DNA of 64,000 nucleotides, taken from Octopus sinensis (taxonomy: Eukaryota). Within the stretch, counting starts at the first letter, position 1. Each line of letters opens with the position of its first letter. This document shows positions 1-14,169 of this stretch, piece by piece. The position numbers were made by a program, and so were the translations under genes. The notes beneath the pieces are model-generated. The model had not been told where the DNA came from. It saw only the letters and a program-made list of their open reading frames with translations, and did not search any database. The stretch is from assembly GCF_006345805.1 (NCBI RefSeq), contig NC_043006.1, positions 9,052,001 to 9,116,000 on the forward strand. The letters are read 5' to 3'.

Positions 1-783
1 AATTCTTTGAATTTATATTTCATATAAAGGGGCGCATAACAAAAGACATCAATGAAAATATATCACACACTATAATCACTACACATGCAATGGAGAATAT
101 ATGCACATATGCATGTGTCTGTGTGTGTATACGTGCGTCCATGTATGTGTGTGGCTGTATGTCTGTTTGTGTGTGTGTATGAGCGAATCAAATAAGAAAT
201 ATATTGGATAAAATTTATTAGTTGTTTAATAAGTAATCTTCTTTAGATATATAATAATGATTTTAAGAATTATGTTTGGCGAGCAAAAGTTTTTAAAGTT
301 GCTTGGCTATTATTATTAACTATAAATTTCGATGATTTACACCAAAGAAAACAAAAAACAAAAGTTTCGTGTCGTTTATTTCAGATTATGTATTATACTG
401 AAATTAGTAGTTTAGAATCTACTAATAAAATATAATTGATGCTGTCAGAAGACCAATGTAATCTGGCGCATTAATATGAATTTTATGATATGTCGTAGTT
501 AATTTATGGTGTCATTACACACAGTCACGTCTGAAGACGCTATGTAAAATCGTAATTCTATTCATCTTGGAGTATACGGTCGAGCACATTCACAGATATA
601 GACAAACACACGTCGCACATACAAACCTCTTTCATACACACGGAGATACAGGTATATATGCACACAGTGTTAGAGAGAATTTCGATAAATATTCATATGT
701 ATCTCTTATATATATCCATATCTATCAACTCGATTACACACACATACATATTTATGTAAAAATATATGTATATGTATATGTAC

Positions 784-882
<99 letters not shown>

Positions 883-931
883 TATATATTATATATATAT
901 ATAGATATATATATATATATGTATATATATA

Positions 932-1167
932 TACGTTTATATATTTGTTTTGCAAGATTTTTGATGGGAAATCGTGTGTTGAAACAGATATTGTTGTATT
1001 TAGGAATGGTCATTTTGCCAGTTTAGCCAATAAAAACACACGCGTTATATATTTGGTGTAAAGATTAATTTAAAAAATAAATAACGCTGAAGCAGAATAA
1101 CACCAAATATATAGTGCGTGTGTTTTTATTGGCTAAACTGGCAAAATGACCATTCCTAAATACAACA

Positions 1168-1220
<53 letters not shown>

Positions 1221-1256
1221 TATATATATATTATATATTATATATATATATATATA

Positions 1257-1295
<39 letters not shown>

Positions 1296-1542
1296 ATATA
1301 TATATACGTTTATATATTTGTTTTGCAAGATTTTTGATGGGAAATCGTGTGTTGAAACAGATATTGTTGTATTTAGGAATGGTCATTTTGCCAGTTTAGC
1401 CAATAAAAACACACGCGTTATATATTTGGTGTAAAGATTAATTTAAAAAATAAATAACGCTGAAGCAGAATAACACCAAATATATAGTGCGTGTGTTTTT
1501 ATTGGCCAAACTGGCAAAATGACCATTCCTAAATACAACAAT
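932..1542. repeat. Tandem pair of ~240-bp fold-back units, each with 70-bp inverted arms and a 40-bp spacer, embedded in (TA)n
   Basis: Arms 990-1059/1100-1169 and 1363-1432/1473-1542 are reverse complements with 2-3 mismatches; copies are offset by 373 bp and are near-identical. Confidence 0.9.
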
Positions 1543-1611
1543 GTATATATATATATATATATATCTATATATATATTATATATGTATGTATATATATATA
1601 TATATATATTA

Positions 1612-1668
<57 letters not shown>

Positions 1669-2849
1669 TATTTACATACATACATATATGTGGAGGGGGG
1701 CTATCATCACGAACAGGGGCCAACAGAATATATTTGAACGCGATGTCAGGTATTGAATGTAAGTGCTAACTGGCTTTTCCAGCATATTTTTTAACGTTTT
1801 AATCCCATTCTTTTTATTTATAATATAATCTTTATACAAATGATATTTGCTTCTCTCAGTAATTTCTCTCTTCTTTTTAGAACTATAATCAGGCCCTCAT
1901 TATATACTCACACACATAATGCCTTTTTGGAGAAGTGCTTTTTAAGTAACAAAGTTGTTTATTTATTTATTGTAATATACGTTTAAAAGTAATTCTTCGC
2001 TCAAGAATGTATCAAATGAAGAGGCCAGTTTGTGGAAAGGTCTCATGTCCATATGATCAGCAGTTTGAGTTCTGAAACGTATTTCATTGATATCTTAAAT
2101 ACAGCGATCTACTGAGGCCCATATTAATTGAAATATTGCAATATTAATTAAATCGACCGGCAATATAGATAGCCGTAATGATAAAGACGAATATCCACAG
2201 ACTGTAATATATGGGTCATTTTTTCATCAAGCAATACATTTGAAATTTCTGTGATATATTATATCATTTTGTCACCAGATTACGGGGAATGCTGCAAAGT
2301 GTGTGAACCTGAGATACACACACACACACGCACACGCACACACAGACACATACACACACACGCACACACACAAACACACAAACACATACATATATATAAA
2401 AGTCACCTGACAGTAAATATAAATTCCATAAATAAACTTTAATTCTGTATTGACTTGAATGGAAAAAATGTGTCTCTCAAGAAGAACTTTAGTTTGAAGA
2501 ACTTTCATGACGTTTCGTATTTAGATGCTTTTATCAAATTCGTTCAGTTGTTAAACATAGATAGATCATGGAATTAAATAATTTTGACTTACTATCAGCT
2601 GACGTTTGACGAACCCTGTACATATATATCAAAAGAAGCAACAGGATATTACGATGTGATGCCGAACGAACGTTGAAGTGGCTCCATTTAATTGAACAAT
2701 GAAATCATTGCATTGATTTAAATGGTGGGCTACCATCAGTTGCACAAATAAATAAATAGAATTTTAATCAATCGGACACATTAATATGATTTTACTCAAA
2801 AACTTTAAAAGAGCACGAAGATGGAAGAAATCCAAGTTGTCGCTATTGA

Positions 2850-2897
2850 AGATAATAATAATAATAATAATAATGATGATAATAATGATAATAATAA

Positions 2898-2948
<51 letters not shown>

Positions 2949-2956
2949 TAATAATA
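2850..2956. repeat. (AAT)n microsatellite
   Basis: Direct reading. Confidence 0.95.
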
Positions 2957-3512
2957 AATGCCCAGATGCAGTACCAGGCAATGGCTCTCATGGCTTCTGA
3001 TCTTAACTGATTGGAAGTGTTATCATGTACATTGTTTTGTCTTAGTATAAAAGATGGGCTACAGCAAATATTCTGCTCAATACAACAGATTTGCTTGTCA
3101 GTTGTTTGACCATAACAGTTGAGCATGCCCCTTAGTGGCTGACGATATGTGCATCTCTGATCACGCGCAGAAGTAGTGGGGGAGCATCATAGCAATGTGT
3201 TGAGAGGGATTCTTTGGGGTTTGAATAATTCACCTCTGGAAACATGGGTGGTTATTTCAACATCCTTAAACAACCCTTATTCAGGGACCGCTTGAGCGGG
3301 ATGGGCTACTCAACCTGAAGAAAATTCTAACTGGGCCCCACATGCAAGGTCATGTGCTGTTTATCTTGATATGAGATCACCATGTCGCGCACATATGGTT
3401 GTGATGCATGTGCCTGGTGTGCCCTTATCAGACGGGTAGTCATGATGGGTATATTGGGCTTCGTATATTTTACCCCAGTGTCACTTTGATGGCATGAACT
3501 GCTCTCTCACTC
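2957..3512 (+). mobile_element. ~556-bp non-coding interspersed element bounded by (AAT)n on both sides; possibly related to Dong/R4
   Basis: Higher-GC island between AAT tracts; segment 3387-3445 recurs at ~48920-48986 abutting a Dong/R4-like ORF relic; no ORF; orientation inferred. Confidence 0.55.
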
Positions 3513-3906
3513 AATAATAATAATACTAATAATAATAATAATGAGTATTATTATTATTAATATATACATATAAATATGTGTGTGTGTATCTATATATCTA
3601 TCTATCTACCTGTATATATATATATGTATATATACATATATATACATCCATACATACGTATATATACGTGTAATATTTGCATCAGGTGTATATTAATACT
3701 ACCTTAAAAAATACAACTTTATTTGGTAGAATAGAATAGTATATTATACATGTTATGCTAGTGTATTGATAGAGAAGTGTAATATCTCATCAAATGTTGC
3801 ATAAACCATCACTCGCGGCGTTATCTCAATGGTGTTGAGTAGCACTTGTCATAGAGCGGTTGAAACAGCTTCAGTTTACCAGATATTTCAGATATGCTGA
3901 AGATAT

Positions 3907-4322
3907 TTACTCTTTTACTCTTTTATTTGTTTCAGTCATTTGACTGCGGCCATGCTGGAGCACCGCCTTTAGTCGAGCAACTCGACCCTGGGACTTATTC
4001 TTTTTGTAAGCCCAGTACTTATTCTATCGGTCTCTTTTTGCCGAACCGCTAAGTGACGGGGACGTAAACACACCAGCATCGGTTGTCAAGCAATGCTAGG
4101 GGAACAAACACACACACAAACAGACACACATACATATATATATATATATACATATATACGACAGGCTTCTTTCAGTTTCCGTCTACCAAATCCACTCACA
4201 AGGCATTGGTCGGCCCGGGGCTATAGCAGAAGACACTCGCCCAAGATGCCACGCAGTGGAACTGAACCCGGAACCATGTGGTTGGTTAGCAAGCTACTTA
4301 CCACACAGCCACTCCTGCGCCT
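3907..4322 (-). mobile_element. SINE family A (tRNA-like head, CORE-like block, internal TA/TG microsatellite, (GAGTAAAA)n tail), full length
   Basis: Reverse complement begins GGCGCAGGAGTGGCTGTGTGGTAAG with a B-box-like GGTTCAGTTCC and a CTTGGGCRAGT CORE-like motif; near-identical copies elsewhere in the window. Confidence 0.9.
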
Positions 4323-7139
4323 ATATGAGTCGAAATTCGTAAGCCTCACAGTTTCTTACCACTGGGGAGACATACCAATGATTGAAATAAACAAAAATGT
4401 TCAACTAATTCCGTATAGGCACATTTCACGACACAAACATTCTTCTACTTTTTAATAACTTTATGATGGGAATGTCGTGAAAAAATATTCCACGCTCTCG
4501 TGTCATTTGATTCAAGAAAATCATCGTTTTCATACACGAAGAGATATATGCGTGAAATGAAAAGAATAAGACACATATATTTCAATATCAGTCAAGTTAA
4601 ATTTCCTTTCCAAGCTCAATAAAAAAAAATATTTAGAAGTTATGATCGACGGGAAAATTATTCAGAACAGGATACTGAAGTTTTTGGTGGATTTATTTCA
4701 AGTTTATCACACTTTTACTTTCCATCACGAAATAATATCTTCGTTACGATATACGAAAAAAGCTTTTATTCATGTAATTATTTGAACATTATGTTTAGGA
4801 TATTCGTGTCAACAGAGATATTAAAATAATATATATTAAATGTAATAAACATGTTGCGTGTGAACGATATTTTAAAGTTTATCGAATTAGTGAGAAAACA
4901 TCAATAGAGTTCAGCAAATATTAGCTGGTGAGATTGACTAGATAGCACTAACACATGATGAATAATTTAAGGTTTTCCCTATCATCAAAGCACGTTCAAT
5001 GACATTTTGTCTTTTAATATGTAAATTAATCCAAACTATGCAGTTAAATAGACCTTATAAAAGCATGAAAGTTTTCAAGTTTGATTATTATACTTTTAAA
5101 TTTATCACGGGCGCAATTGAAACTTTAAGTAAGCCGCGTTGCATCATAAATAAGCATAAAAATCTGAGATATATCATTCTGTCTTTTTAGTCGGCTTATA
5201 TCCCATGAAAAGTTTCAGTAATGTTGAAATATCTAATATTTATGCAAAAGAGCTTAAGATTGAAAGCCGGCTGTTAAAGTAACTGATGGATTTTATTTAA
5301 AACAGCGTTTTCAGATTTATTTTGCTTTGATGTGTTACCAAAATGTCCGGAATCATTTATTAACAATACATGAAATACAACGAAGGCACTTTACTTAAAT
5401 AAATTGACGCGTGTCGTAGCATAATGAAACTGTAATATATGAACCATCTAAAGAGGGAAAATTGCGATGTGCTGACGTTTATATCGATATCTAACATTAC
5501 ATATATAATTCTATTTCCAACAATATTTGCGTTTAGTTGAGTAAACGGTAATATAGTTGTGAAATGACGCTTAACTGTGTTCGTAAATATAGACACTGTA
5601 CTATAACTACCCTCGTCCTTTGGGTAATATTTATTTCTGAAATAAGTTTATTGTGCCGAATTCCAACTGTAGGTCAAGCCTGTGACATTTATACTGATTA
5701 GGTAAAAGCAAACAAACAAATACGTCAAATATTTATGAGCTACATATCAATATTCACCGATTGCTAGTGGTGTGCATGAATCTAGAACTGACACAGATGC
5801 TATCGACTTGAAATTTTATAGAACTTGGTACATGCTATGGAATTTAAATTACTTTTTATCACAGCAGATATATTACACGCCAAATACAGAGATTTGTTGT
5901 TAACCTGTTTACTGAGCTATATCCCTACATAATCACTGTAATTATGAGTTTCTTTTCCACCTACTCCGTCACTTTTTCCAGTGATTGATGGAAGTGTGTT
6001 CTAAGCCCATTATATTGACACTCCTTTACGCCAAATTTCTACATATTGCCTACATACTTAAATATACGTACACTCCCAACACAGATAATTACCCCTTTCA
6101 CTTACATCAAGCACTCACCAACCATGCATCTCAGACTTGCTTCAAAATGTATAACCTAAATACATGACACCTCGTCACTTACGGTGTTCAGAAGACAAAA
6201 CGACATAACTAAGTGGCGTAAGTCACTCTAACAACTTCAAATATGTTACAGAAAAAATCATACGACTCGAGGCCATAAATTTGGCGAATGGTTATTGGAC
6301 TTGAATCCAACGAAGTACTTTATTATAGGTATGTTCTTGGCAAAAATGTATACATTAATTAACTCTCGATTTCACTCTTCCTTCAAAACGCCACATACGT
6401 AGGTATTTATTCAGAATTATATTATTTCCATGTATATTTGTTTAACGTACTTGCAGTGCTTCAGACATGAGTACTCAGAAACACACTCATGCACATACGC
6501 AAACACACACACACAAACACACACCCAAACACGCGCGCACACACATGCTCACACATACACACATCTATAGATATAAATACATGTATACATGAAGCACAAA
6601 TCAACGCATTCTTTTGTGATTCGCTTATGCAAAATGTAACCTTAATATACACACGAGGCATCACCGATATTCCGATAGACTATATGCAAGTTTTCTTATG
6701 TAACGATATTTTTTCTCTCATGTTATTTATTCAAAGATTTCCGCTTTATGACTCAAGGTGTGGTATTTTAAAATTGCATATCAGCGTTATTGCTTAAGGT
6801 TATGTCGTTAAATCATAAATTCTATATATAAAATTCTTCCATCGAAATCATGAAATGCTTTTATAGAACTTTCACATATTTTAATATTTTCTCCGTTATT
6901 ACATTGCATAATACTTTATTATACATGTCGTTATTTTCTTTGTCAATATTTATTCTAAAAGAGGTGCAAACATACCAACTGCGGACTAGATGATCAAAAG
7001 AATTTCATGCGAAGTGATAAATGTCAATAAAAATACCTATATATGATAAAAAGTGATACACAAAAGTATATATATATGTACGTAGATACATACACACACA
7101 TGTGTGTGTGTGTGAGTATGTGGCTGTTTGTGCGGCTGT

Positions 7140-7263
7140 ATGTCTGTGTTTGTCACACCACCATCGCTTGACAGCCGATGCTGGTGTGTTTATATCACCG
7201 TAACCTAGTGATTCAGCAAAATCCGATCGATAGAATAAGTACTAGGCTTACAAAAAATAAGTC
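7140..7263 (+). mobile_element. SINE family A 3' fragment (diverged)
   Basis: Matches the 3' half of family A (CCGATGCTGGTGTGTTTA...GATAGAATAAGTACT...AATAAGTCC). Confidence 0.75.
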
Positions 7264-7790
7264 CACTCCACACACCATGATGTTGACTGGATGTATGATT
7301 TTTATCACTTTCGGTATATGTTTTGGGGAGACAGCAACTCAGCAGCGTGTTCACCATCTGACCCTGACAGAAATTTTTGTTGTCTAAGGAAAAAACCAAA
7401 ACAGGTTCAGTTGGAGGGGATGCTTGAGATTATTCGACAGCTTCGTAGCGGCGAAATTCCTCTTGTTCTTGATTGCTTGGGGAAATAAATGGCCCTTTCT
7501 TATCTTGTAAGAGGAATACCGACATGAGCACTATGCCTGATAAGAAACTCAGACACTCCAATGTCCATGGCGATGAACTTCATTGCCTTGGAGGGATCGT
7601 TGTCAATCATAGCTTGGATCTCAGCAACAAATTCAGGAGTTCTTTTCTAATCAGAAGTATTAGAGTAGGATTTCCGACTTGCCCTCCCATTGTAATCACC
7701 ATTAGGCTCATCCAATTCTTTCCGAATCCTCAGATTGACACCCAAACACTCTGAAATGTTCTGCGTAAATGCCTCGTAGTACAAGATGTT
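7264..7790 (-). mobile_element. Tc1/mariner transposase relic (maT/DD37D-like by motif style)
   Basis: Minus-strand translation with stops and frameshifts: ISECLGVNLR, RTPEFVAEIQAMIDNDPSKAMKFIA, FSLDNKNFCQGQMVNT, HPVNIMVCGV (HTH region and first catalytic D region); subfamily tentative. Confidence 0.8.
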
Positions 7791-8194
7791 GTTTCCAAAA
7801 TTCTCGCTGAGTGAATTACGTTATGGAGTAGTTTTTTTCTCACAGACGGTGCCCGACTGATCCTATTGCACAATGTATTCGACAAAATTAAAAGCAAACA
7901 TTGCGCATGCGTAAAATAAAAGATATAATACGCCAAAGATTTACCCATCGCAACGAAAATCTTAGAAATAGATAGATAGATAGATACATACATACATACA
8001 TACATGCACGCAAACAGGCACACCAACACACACGTACACGCGCAGACACGCACATACAGGTACACACACACACACACATATGGAAATTCAGAATTTTGGG
8101 GAGCTCATCTGTTTGAATCGATGCCAGGTGCAATTTATATATTCCTGACGCCGTGAATAATGAAATTTCAGGTTAGAATATTGAAATATAATTA

Positions 8195-8572
8195 ACTAGC
8201 AGTATCACCCGGCGTTGCTCGGTTTGTAAGGGAAATAACTATATAAGCATTTTTAGAGAGTTATAGCCAAAAAATAGCAAAAAATGCATTTAAGATGGGA
8301 AAAAATGATGGTAAATTTTTGTTTAAATCGTTGACTCATCGTAGACATTTTTAGAGAGTTACTTCCCTTATATAATAGCGAAAAAAATGCATTAAAATGG
8401 AAAAAAATGATGGTAATTTTTGTTTTAAATCGTAGACTCATCGTAGACGCGCGATATGAATCACGACTATAAGATACCCGGTTTTGGTTAAACTGCACCG
8501 CAAAATGTGTTAGTAGTTAGGAATCTAAATCGTAGGAGACAGACACACAACTTCACTTTTATATATAAAGAT
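8195..8572 (+). mobile_element. Helentron/Helitron-like non-autonomous element with an internal ~100-bp tandem duplication
   Basis: Starts ACTAGC..CCCGGCGTTGCTCGG and ends ..ACACAACTTCACTTTTATATATAAAGAT, the terminal style of Helentron-associated elements; duplicated blocks 8248-8345 and 8346-8447. Confidence 0.65.
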
Positions 8573-9618
8573 ATTGTAAAATGTTGAAGTTATACGGTGA
8601 TTGTAGATTAATAGATATGTAACTACCGTACGCTGGAGAGTTATATGGATTACGTTTTTCACATGTTATGAAAAAAACTACATAAGGAATTTAGTATACA
8701 ACGAATTAATTTATCAGCTAGAGACGTATGTCTACATGAAAATAGTTGACGAAAGATATGTGGTTTACTAGCGGAACCAGAAATATGAATTTTTATACGA
8801 ACTTTTAATTCTCAATGAACACAAAACTTGATTACCTTAGTAACACGCGAAAATTAATTCCGCTATGTAATATAATTACATATATTTTCTAGAAACAAAC
8901 AAAAAAATTATGGAGTAAATTTTAACGAAAACAATCATGGATTTCCTTTTTTAAATTATATATTTTCTAATGATCATGTACATAATAAGGCAATAATAAA
9001 ATCTAAGAATATAGTTCGGGTTCTTCAGTTGAGTAGTGGTTTGTAAGCATGCTCAACAATCATACTTAAAATGAGATACATTGGTGTGAAGTGACTATCA
9101 GTAACTGTTATGTTTGTTAAATGCTTTTGATTTCAGGGAAATAATCGAATAGCTTTAATATGGAAAATGACAGTTACGGTTGCTAAGGAATGGCAAACAA
9201 CATCGTCGAAGAAATATGAATATCTCATTTCCAAATCATGTTTGGAAGCGTTATGTCAAAAAGAAACAAATCTTAAACGTGATTAACAAACGCTCAAAGG
9301 ATTTTGATAATAACCATACTATAAATTATAGAGATCGGCACGAAAAGGGTCCCCAAAATTAACGTAGACACTTTGTAAATACAATCCTGTGAAATTTGCA
9401 ATCACTGCTTCAAAACAAATAAAGAGTTTGAAAGTTAATATATGACGGTGGTTTAAAATGAACAGCATAACACGAAAGCTGAATTGATATTTGCAGCAGT
9501 ATTCCTATGGGTAAATAACTTTTACTTAACACACAAGATTAAAAAATTTAAATGGCGATGTGTACAAACATGCCTGCATACATAAGCACAACAGATATGA
9601 TATAATGAGTGGGATAAG

Positions 9619-9910
9619 TTGTGGAAATTAGCTGCCCAGCGGATGTTTAACGTAAAACTGAAGGTCGGTGAAAAAAAGTACAACTATGCTGAACTATTGA
9701 GAAATCCGAAGTTACTCTGTCCAGATTACAAGTTCAGGTTTATACCTGTAATCATTAGGGCCCTGGGATATGTAACACAATGTATAAATACCAATCTTGA
9801 GACATTAGGCTTCTCGGATCCATAAAGGAGATATCTAATTTGAAGTTTGCAGATTCAATTCATCACTGGGACTGTAAAAATCCGTAGAACTTTCCAGACG
9901 TTATCAGTTA
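9619..9910 (+). mobile_element. Dong/R4-like RLE non-LTR retrotransposon, C-terminal relic
   Basis: EISCPAD (shifted frame), KLKVGEKKYNYAELLRN, YKFRFIPVIIRALGYVTQCINTNLETLGFS, then ITGTVKIRRTF: RLE endonuclease C-terminus. Confidence 0.8.
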
Positions 9911-10229
9911 GATATATATGAGCATGTCTAGATATGTAACTATATGCAAAAATATATACATAAACCATACAAATCTCCACATACATATACATACATATAC
10001 ATACACACATACATAATAGATATATTCTTACATATATACATACATACACGCATGCATACATGCATACATACATACATACATGCATACATACACACATACA
10101 TACATACATGCATACATACATGCAAACAAAAATACTTTGTTGAAATTGAAATTCCAATGAAGGCGCGTTGTATATTGGTTAGAAAATGGTTCTTTCTCTA
10201 TTAGAAAACATCGCTAATGCTGTATGGGA

Positions 10230-11196
10230 TCACATATGCATCATCTAATAAACAACAGCAGCCAAAATAAATATATAAAAGCAGTGCTGAAAAGTGACGT
10301 GAGCAACATTGTACGAGTTGGCAGTGAGTACCCGAAACATCACGCTCTACCTGATGATCTCCTATACATCCCCAGCACAGCTGGGCTCTCGTACCTCAGA
10401 AAAAACCTGGATGGAAAGTACTCAGCATACAAAAATAAAAGTCTATCCATGGGTATGTTGCGCGAAAGCTTGAAGAAAAGTGTAGAATTGACACGAAGAT
10501 CAGCCTTTCTTGGACACAAGACCACTGCATCACGTCACACTTTGATTGCTATATCGTTTGTTATTCAATTCAAGAACTACAGATTGCCACAAAATACCTG
10601 GTGAACAAGAGAGACGGTGACACTCCTGTAAACCTAAGTGCTATGTCATGTTTCTCTGGAAAACATCCCACATGTGTTTAGCAGTTGTCCTAAAATGTCG
10701 TCGCGATACTACCTCCCATTGCGACACGATGTTGTTGCTAAAATAATTTACAACGCCATCCACAAAAGAATTTTCCTGAAATAAAGTCAGAAAATCCCTT
10801 ACGAATGGAATACATTCATAAGCACTAACTCAAGGAATACTCGTGGAATATTCCCATCAATTCTTCTGTCAAATGTAAACATAACAGGCCGGATAATGTT
10901 GTTTGGGACAGAAGAACAAAGATATGTACCATCTACCATCATAGAGTTATACAAATCTCTTAGAAAATCAAACTAAATTAGGATATCTGTGGACGACTGC
11001 TTCGAAACCTCCAGCTTCTATATCCAGCCTATTCATACAAATAATAATTGGAGCACTAGGATTTGCTAGTAAATGCTTCAAAGAGAATAAGGATAAACCA
11101 GAAAGAGAAATCGACTGGCTAATTTGTACATTACAAGGGCAATCTCTAAGTAGAACATTAAAAATATGCAAGACTTTTCTCAAGTTCCCAATGTAA
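10230..11196 (+). mobile_element. Dong/R4-like RLE non-LTR retrotransposon, 3' relic
   Basis: Frameshifted QELQIATKYLVNKRD, ENIPHVFSSCPKMSSRYYLPLRHDVVAKIIYNAI (CCHC/RHD), HNRPDNVVWDRR (PD motif), LLRNLQLLYP, IIGALGF, KICKTFLKF. Confidence 0.85.
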
Positions 11197-12000
11197 TTTG
11201 TCTGCGTTTGTCCAAAATTTGTCCAAAAATGGAGTTTCGTGTTTTTATTGGAAACCGGTTCTCTCCTTAGTGGAAGGTTTATAATAATTAAAAAATAGAA
11301 GAGACATACACCCATACACACATACATACATAGATGCATAATGCATACATACATACGTACAACTATAACTTGTAATTTCAGTAGTGTAATATACTATACG
11401 GTTTCCTTACTGTATCCATAATAATTACTTTTATATAACAGCAGTAAAGAAGCACATAGGAAAACAACAACATAAGCAAATACACTCACATTTATGTGTG
11501 TGTACATGTGTGTAGAGTGCATCTGTGTTACGTTTGTGTGATTGTGTGTGTGTGTTTGTGTGAGTGCATTTAGTTGCGTATATATCAATAGATTCGTATG
11601 CAATTATAAATATAATTATATCGACGTATGTATGTGCATGCATATATAGATTATTGAAAGGTGAATGAAATCACTGAATAATAATTGCAGGTTTCACATT
11701 TTCTTTTGTTGAAGCAATTCTTTATAATTTAAACACAAAAATCACCAAGTTATCAGAAGACTAGGAAATACAGAAGATAACGGAATACAGACATCATTCA
11801 TAATCCTTCTGCACAAAGTTTTTTTTCCTTCACACTAACATTTATTGCAGGAACAATAAAAACTCCATTCTCCGAATCACATTTTTAAAAAAATATTATT
11901 TATCTAGTCTGTTTGTATAACTCTTTTATTGTCAATATATTTCTTTTCGTCATTTATCCATTTATCTCATTTCTTCTGCTGCAGTTATCTCTGTAATCTC

Positions 12001-12089
<89 letters not shown>

Positions 12090-12448
12090 TCATTCGTATA
12101 TGTATACATGCATGCATAACATGTATATACATATAGTGGTACTTCTTTCAAACTCCATACATCTGATATATTACTCTTCTGTATTTAATTGTGCGGCGGC
12201 TAGTCTCGAAATCGACGTATGTAGAAATATATAATATGATATTCCAACGTTATTATGTTATCGAGACTTTATTCTGTTCTCGTATTCATATCTAAATAGC
12301 TCACATCTGCAAGCCTCTCTTTTCAATATGTAGCATCTATCATACAAATAACAAGCCTGTAAGCTAATCTTCTGCATTCACCATAACATCACGCACCGCA
12401 AGTCTCAATTCAATGCGGGCTCCTTTTTTTATTTTGCAACAAAATCAT

Positions 12449-12484
<36 letters not shown>

Positions 12485-13324
12485 AAACACACACACGCAC
12501 GCACACACACATACATGTAAGTATATCAGTGTTTGTGTATATGTGTGTTGATATAAGTATCGTCCTATCAACATCTGTAAGAAAAACCACTGCGGTGTTG
12601 TACTTATCTGAATCCGGTCTGCAGCAACACGAAACTATCATCAATAGATTCGCAAATTATCCTTTGTGTCGTAAAGCGGTACATTAGATACTTATGAATA
12701 TTTCTCACCAAACCATTAGAGACCCGTATCTTGAATGCAGTAGAGAGTCAGCAGAGAAATCAACACGGCATTGAACTCTTAGTAATATACGAATTTAAGC
12801 AGACACTATTTTTACCTACGGCACATACTTTTTTTTTTTTTTTCGATCAAAACTTTGCTAACAGGCTTACGTACATACTGATCGGCTGCCACTTGAGCCA
12901 TCTGAAATCTATAAAACATAAATCATAAGGTCTGATAGCGTGTAAATATTTCTAGTCTTGAATATATGTTAAGGGAATAGCACACGCACAGTGTGGGATA
13001 TATACATCTGCTATCATATAGCAGATATTAAGAAATCTTTTGCTTGTGCTGTGCTAGGACATCAAATATAGAAAGAAAGTCGAAGAGACTGGCAGACAAT
13101 TCGTTAAAAAGATGTCAGCAGATGATATCTCAACAAAGTTGGTAGCCTAATTCGATTACATGTAATAAGACTGAGACCGACCATCAACAACGGGAGACAG
13201 CTTCAAAGATGAAATGGTCTCGTTTTATTTTTTTGTACTTTTAGCGAATTCTCTCACTAACTCACTCATTCATTCACACAATCAATCAACCATGCAATCA
13301 CACACACATAGTCTCTCTCTCTCT

Positions 13325-13710
13325 TTTTACTCTTTTTCTCTCTTTTTACTTGTTTCAGTCATTTGACTACGGCCATGCTGGAGCACCGCCTTTAGTCGAG
13401 CAAATAAGCCCAGTACTTATTCTATCGGTCTCTTTTTGCCAAACAGCTGACGGGGACGTAAACACACCAGCATCGGTTGTCAAGCAATGCTAGGGGGACA
13501 AACACAGACACAAAACACACACACATACATATATATATACATATATACGACAGGCTTCTTTCAGTTTCCGTCTACCAAATCCACTCACAAGGCTTTGGTC
13601 GGCCCGAGGCAATAGCAGAAGACACTTGCCCAAGATGCCACGCAGTGGGACTGAACCCAGAACCATGTGGTTGGTTAGCAAGCTACTTACCACACAGCCA
13701 CTCCTGCGCC
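13325..13710 (-). mobile_element. SINE family A, near full length with a small internal deletion
   Basis: Same head, CORE-like block and tail as the 3907 copy. Confidence 0.9.
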
Positions 13711-13712
13711 TA

Positions 13713-13773
<61 letters not shown>

Positions 13774-13901
13774 CTTTATGTATATATTTGGGTGCGTGTG
13801 TGTGTGTAAATGTCTGTTTATTTTTTAGCTTTTACTTGTTTTAGTTATTACACTGCGGCCATGCTTGAGCACTGACTTCAAGAATTTTTAGTCAAACGAA
13901 T

Positions 13902-14110
13902 CAGTCGTGCAACTTTGTTTTGAAACTAGCACTTAATGTATGGGTTACATTTGCCCAACCACCAGGGTGAGGCGACATATATACACCGGTTTGGAAGCCG
14001 TATGAGGGGACAAACGAAGCACATGCACACGCATGCGCGATCGCAAGCGCTTTCACATACACGTTCGTCACGTGGTAGGGGTGTACCATTATTACTAATT
14101 CCCTACAATA
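13902..14110 (-). mobile_element. Probable 3' LTR of the Gypsy relic
   Basis: Follows the integrase end and a purine-rich tract (GAACGGAGAGA) on the minus strand, starts TATTGTAGGG and contains a TATA-like motif; no matching 5' LTR seen. Confidence 0.4.
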
Positions 14111-14169
14111 TCTCTCCGTTCAAGTTTTTCTTAGTAAGTGTCATTATATTTAACAATATATTTATTTAT

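Noticed and set aside
567-1756. ORFs rich in Y/I (and all similar YIYI, CVCV, THTH, ERER, poly-I/L/N ORFs in the track)
   Set aside because: Translations of (TA)n, (TG)n, (GA)n and triplet microsatellites, which lack stops in some frames
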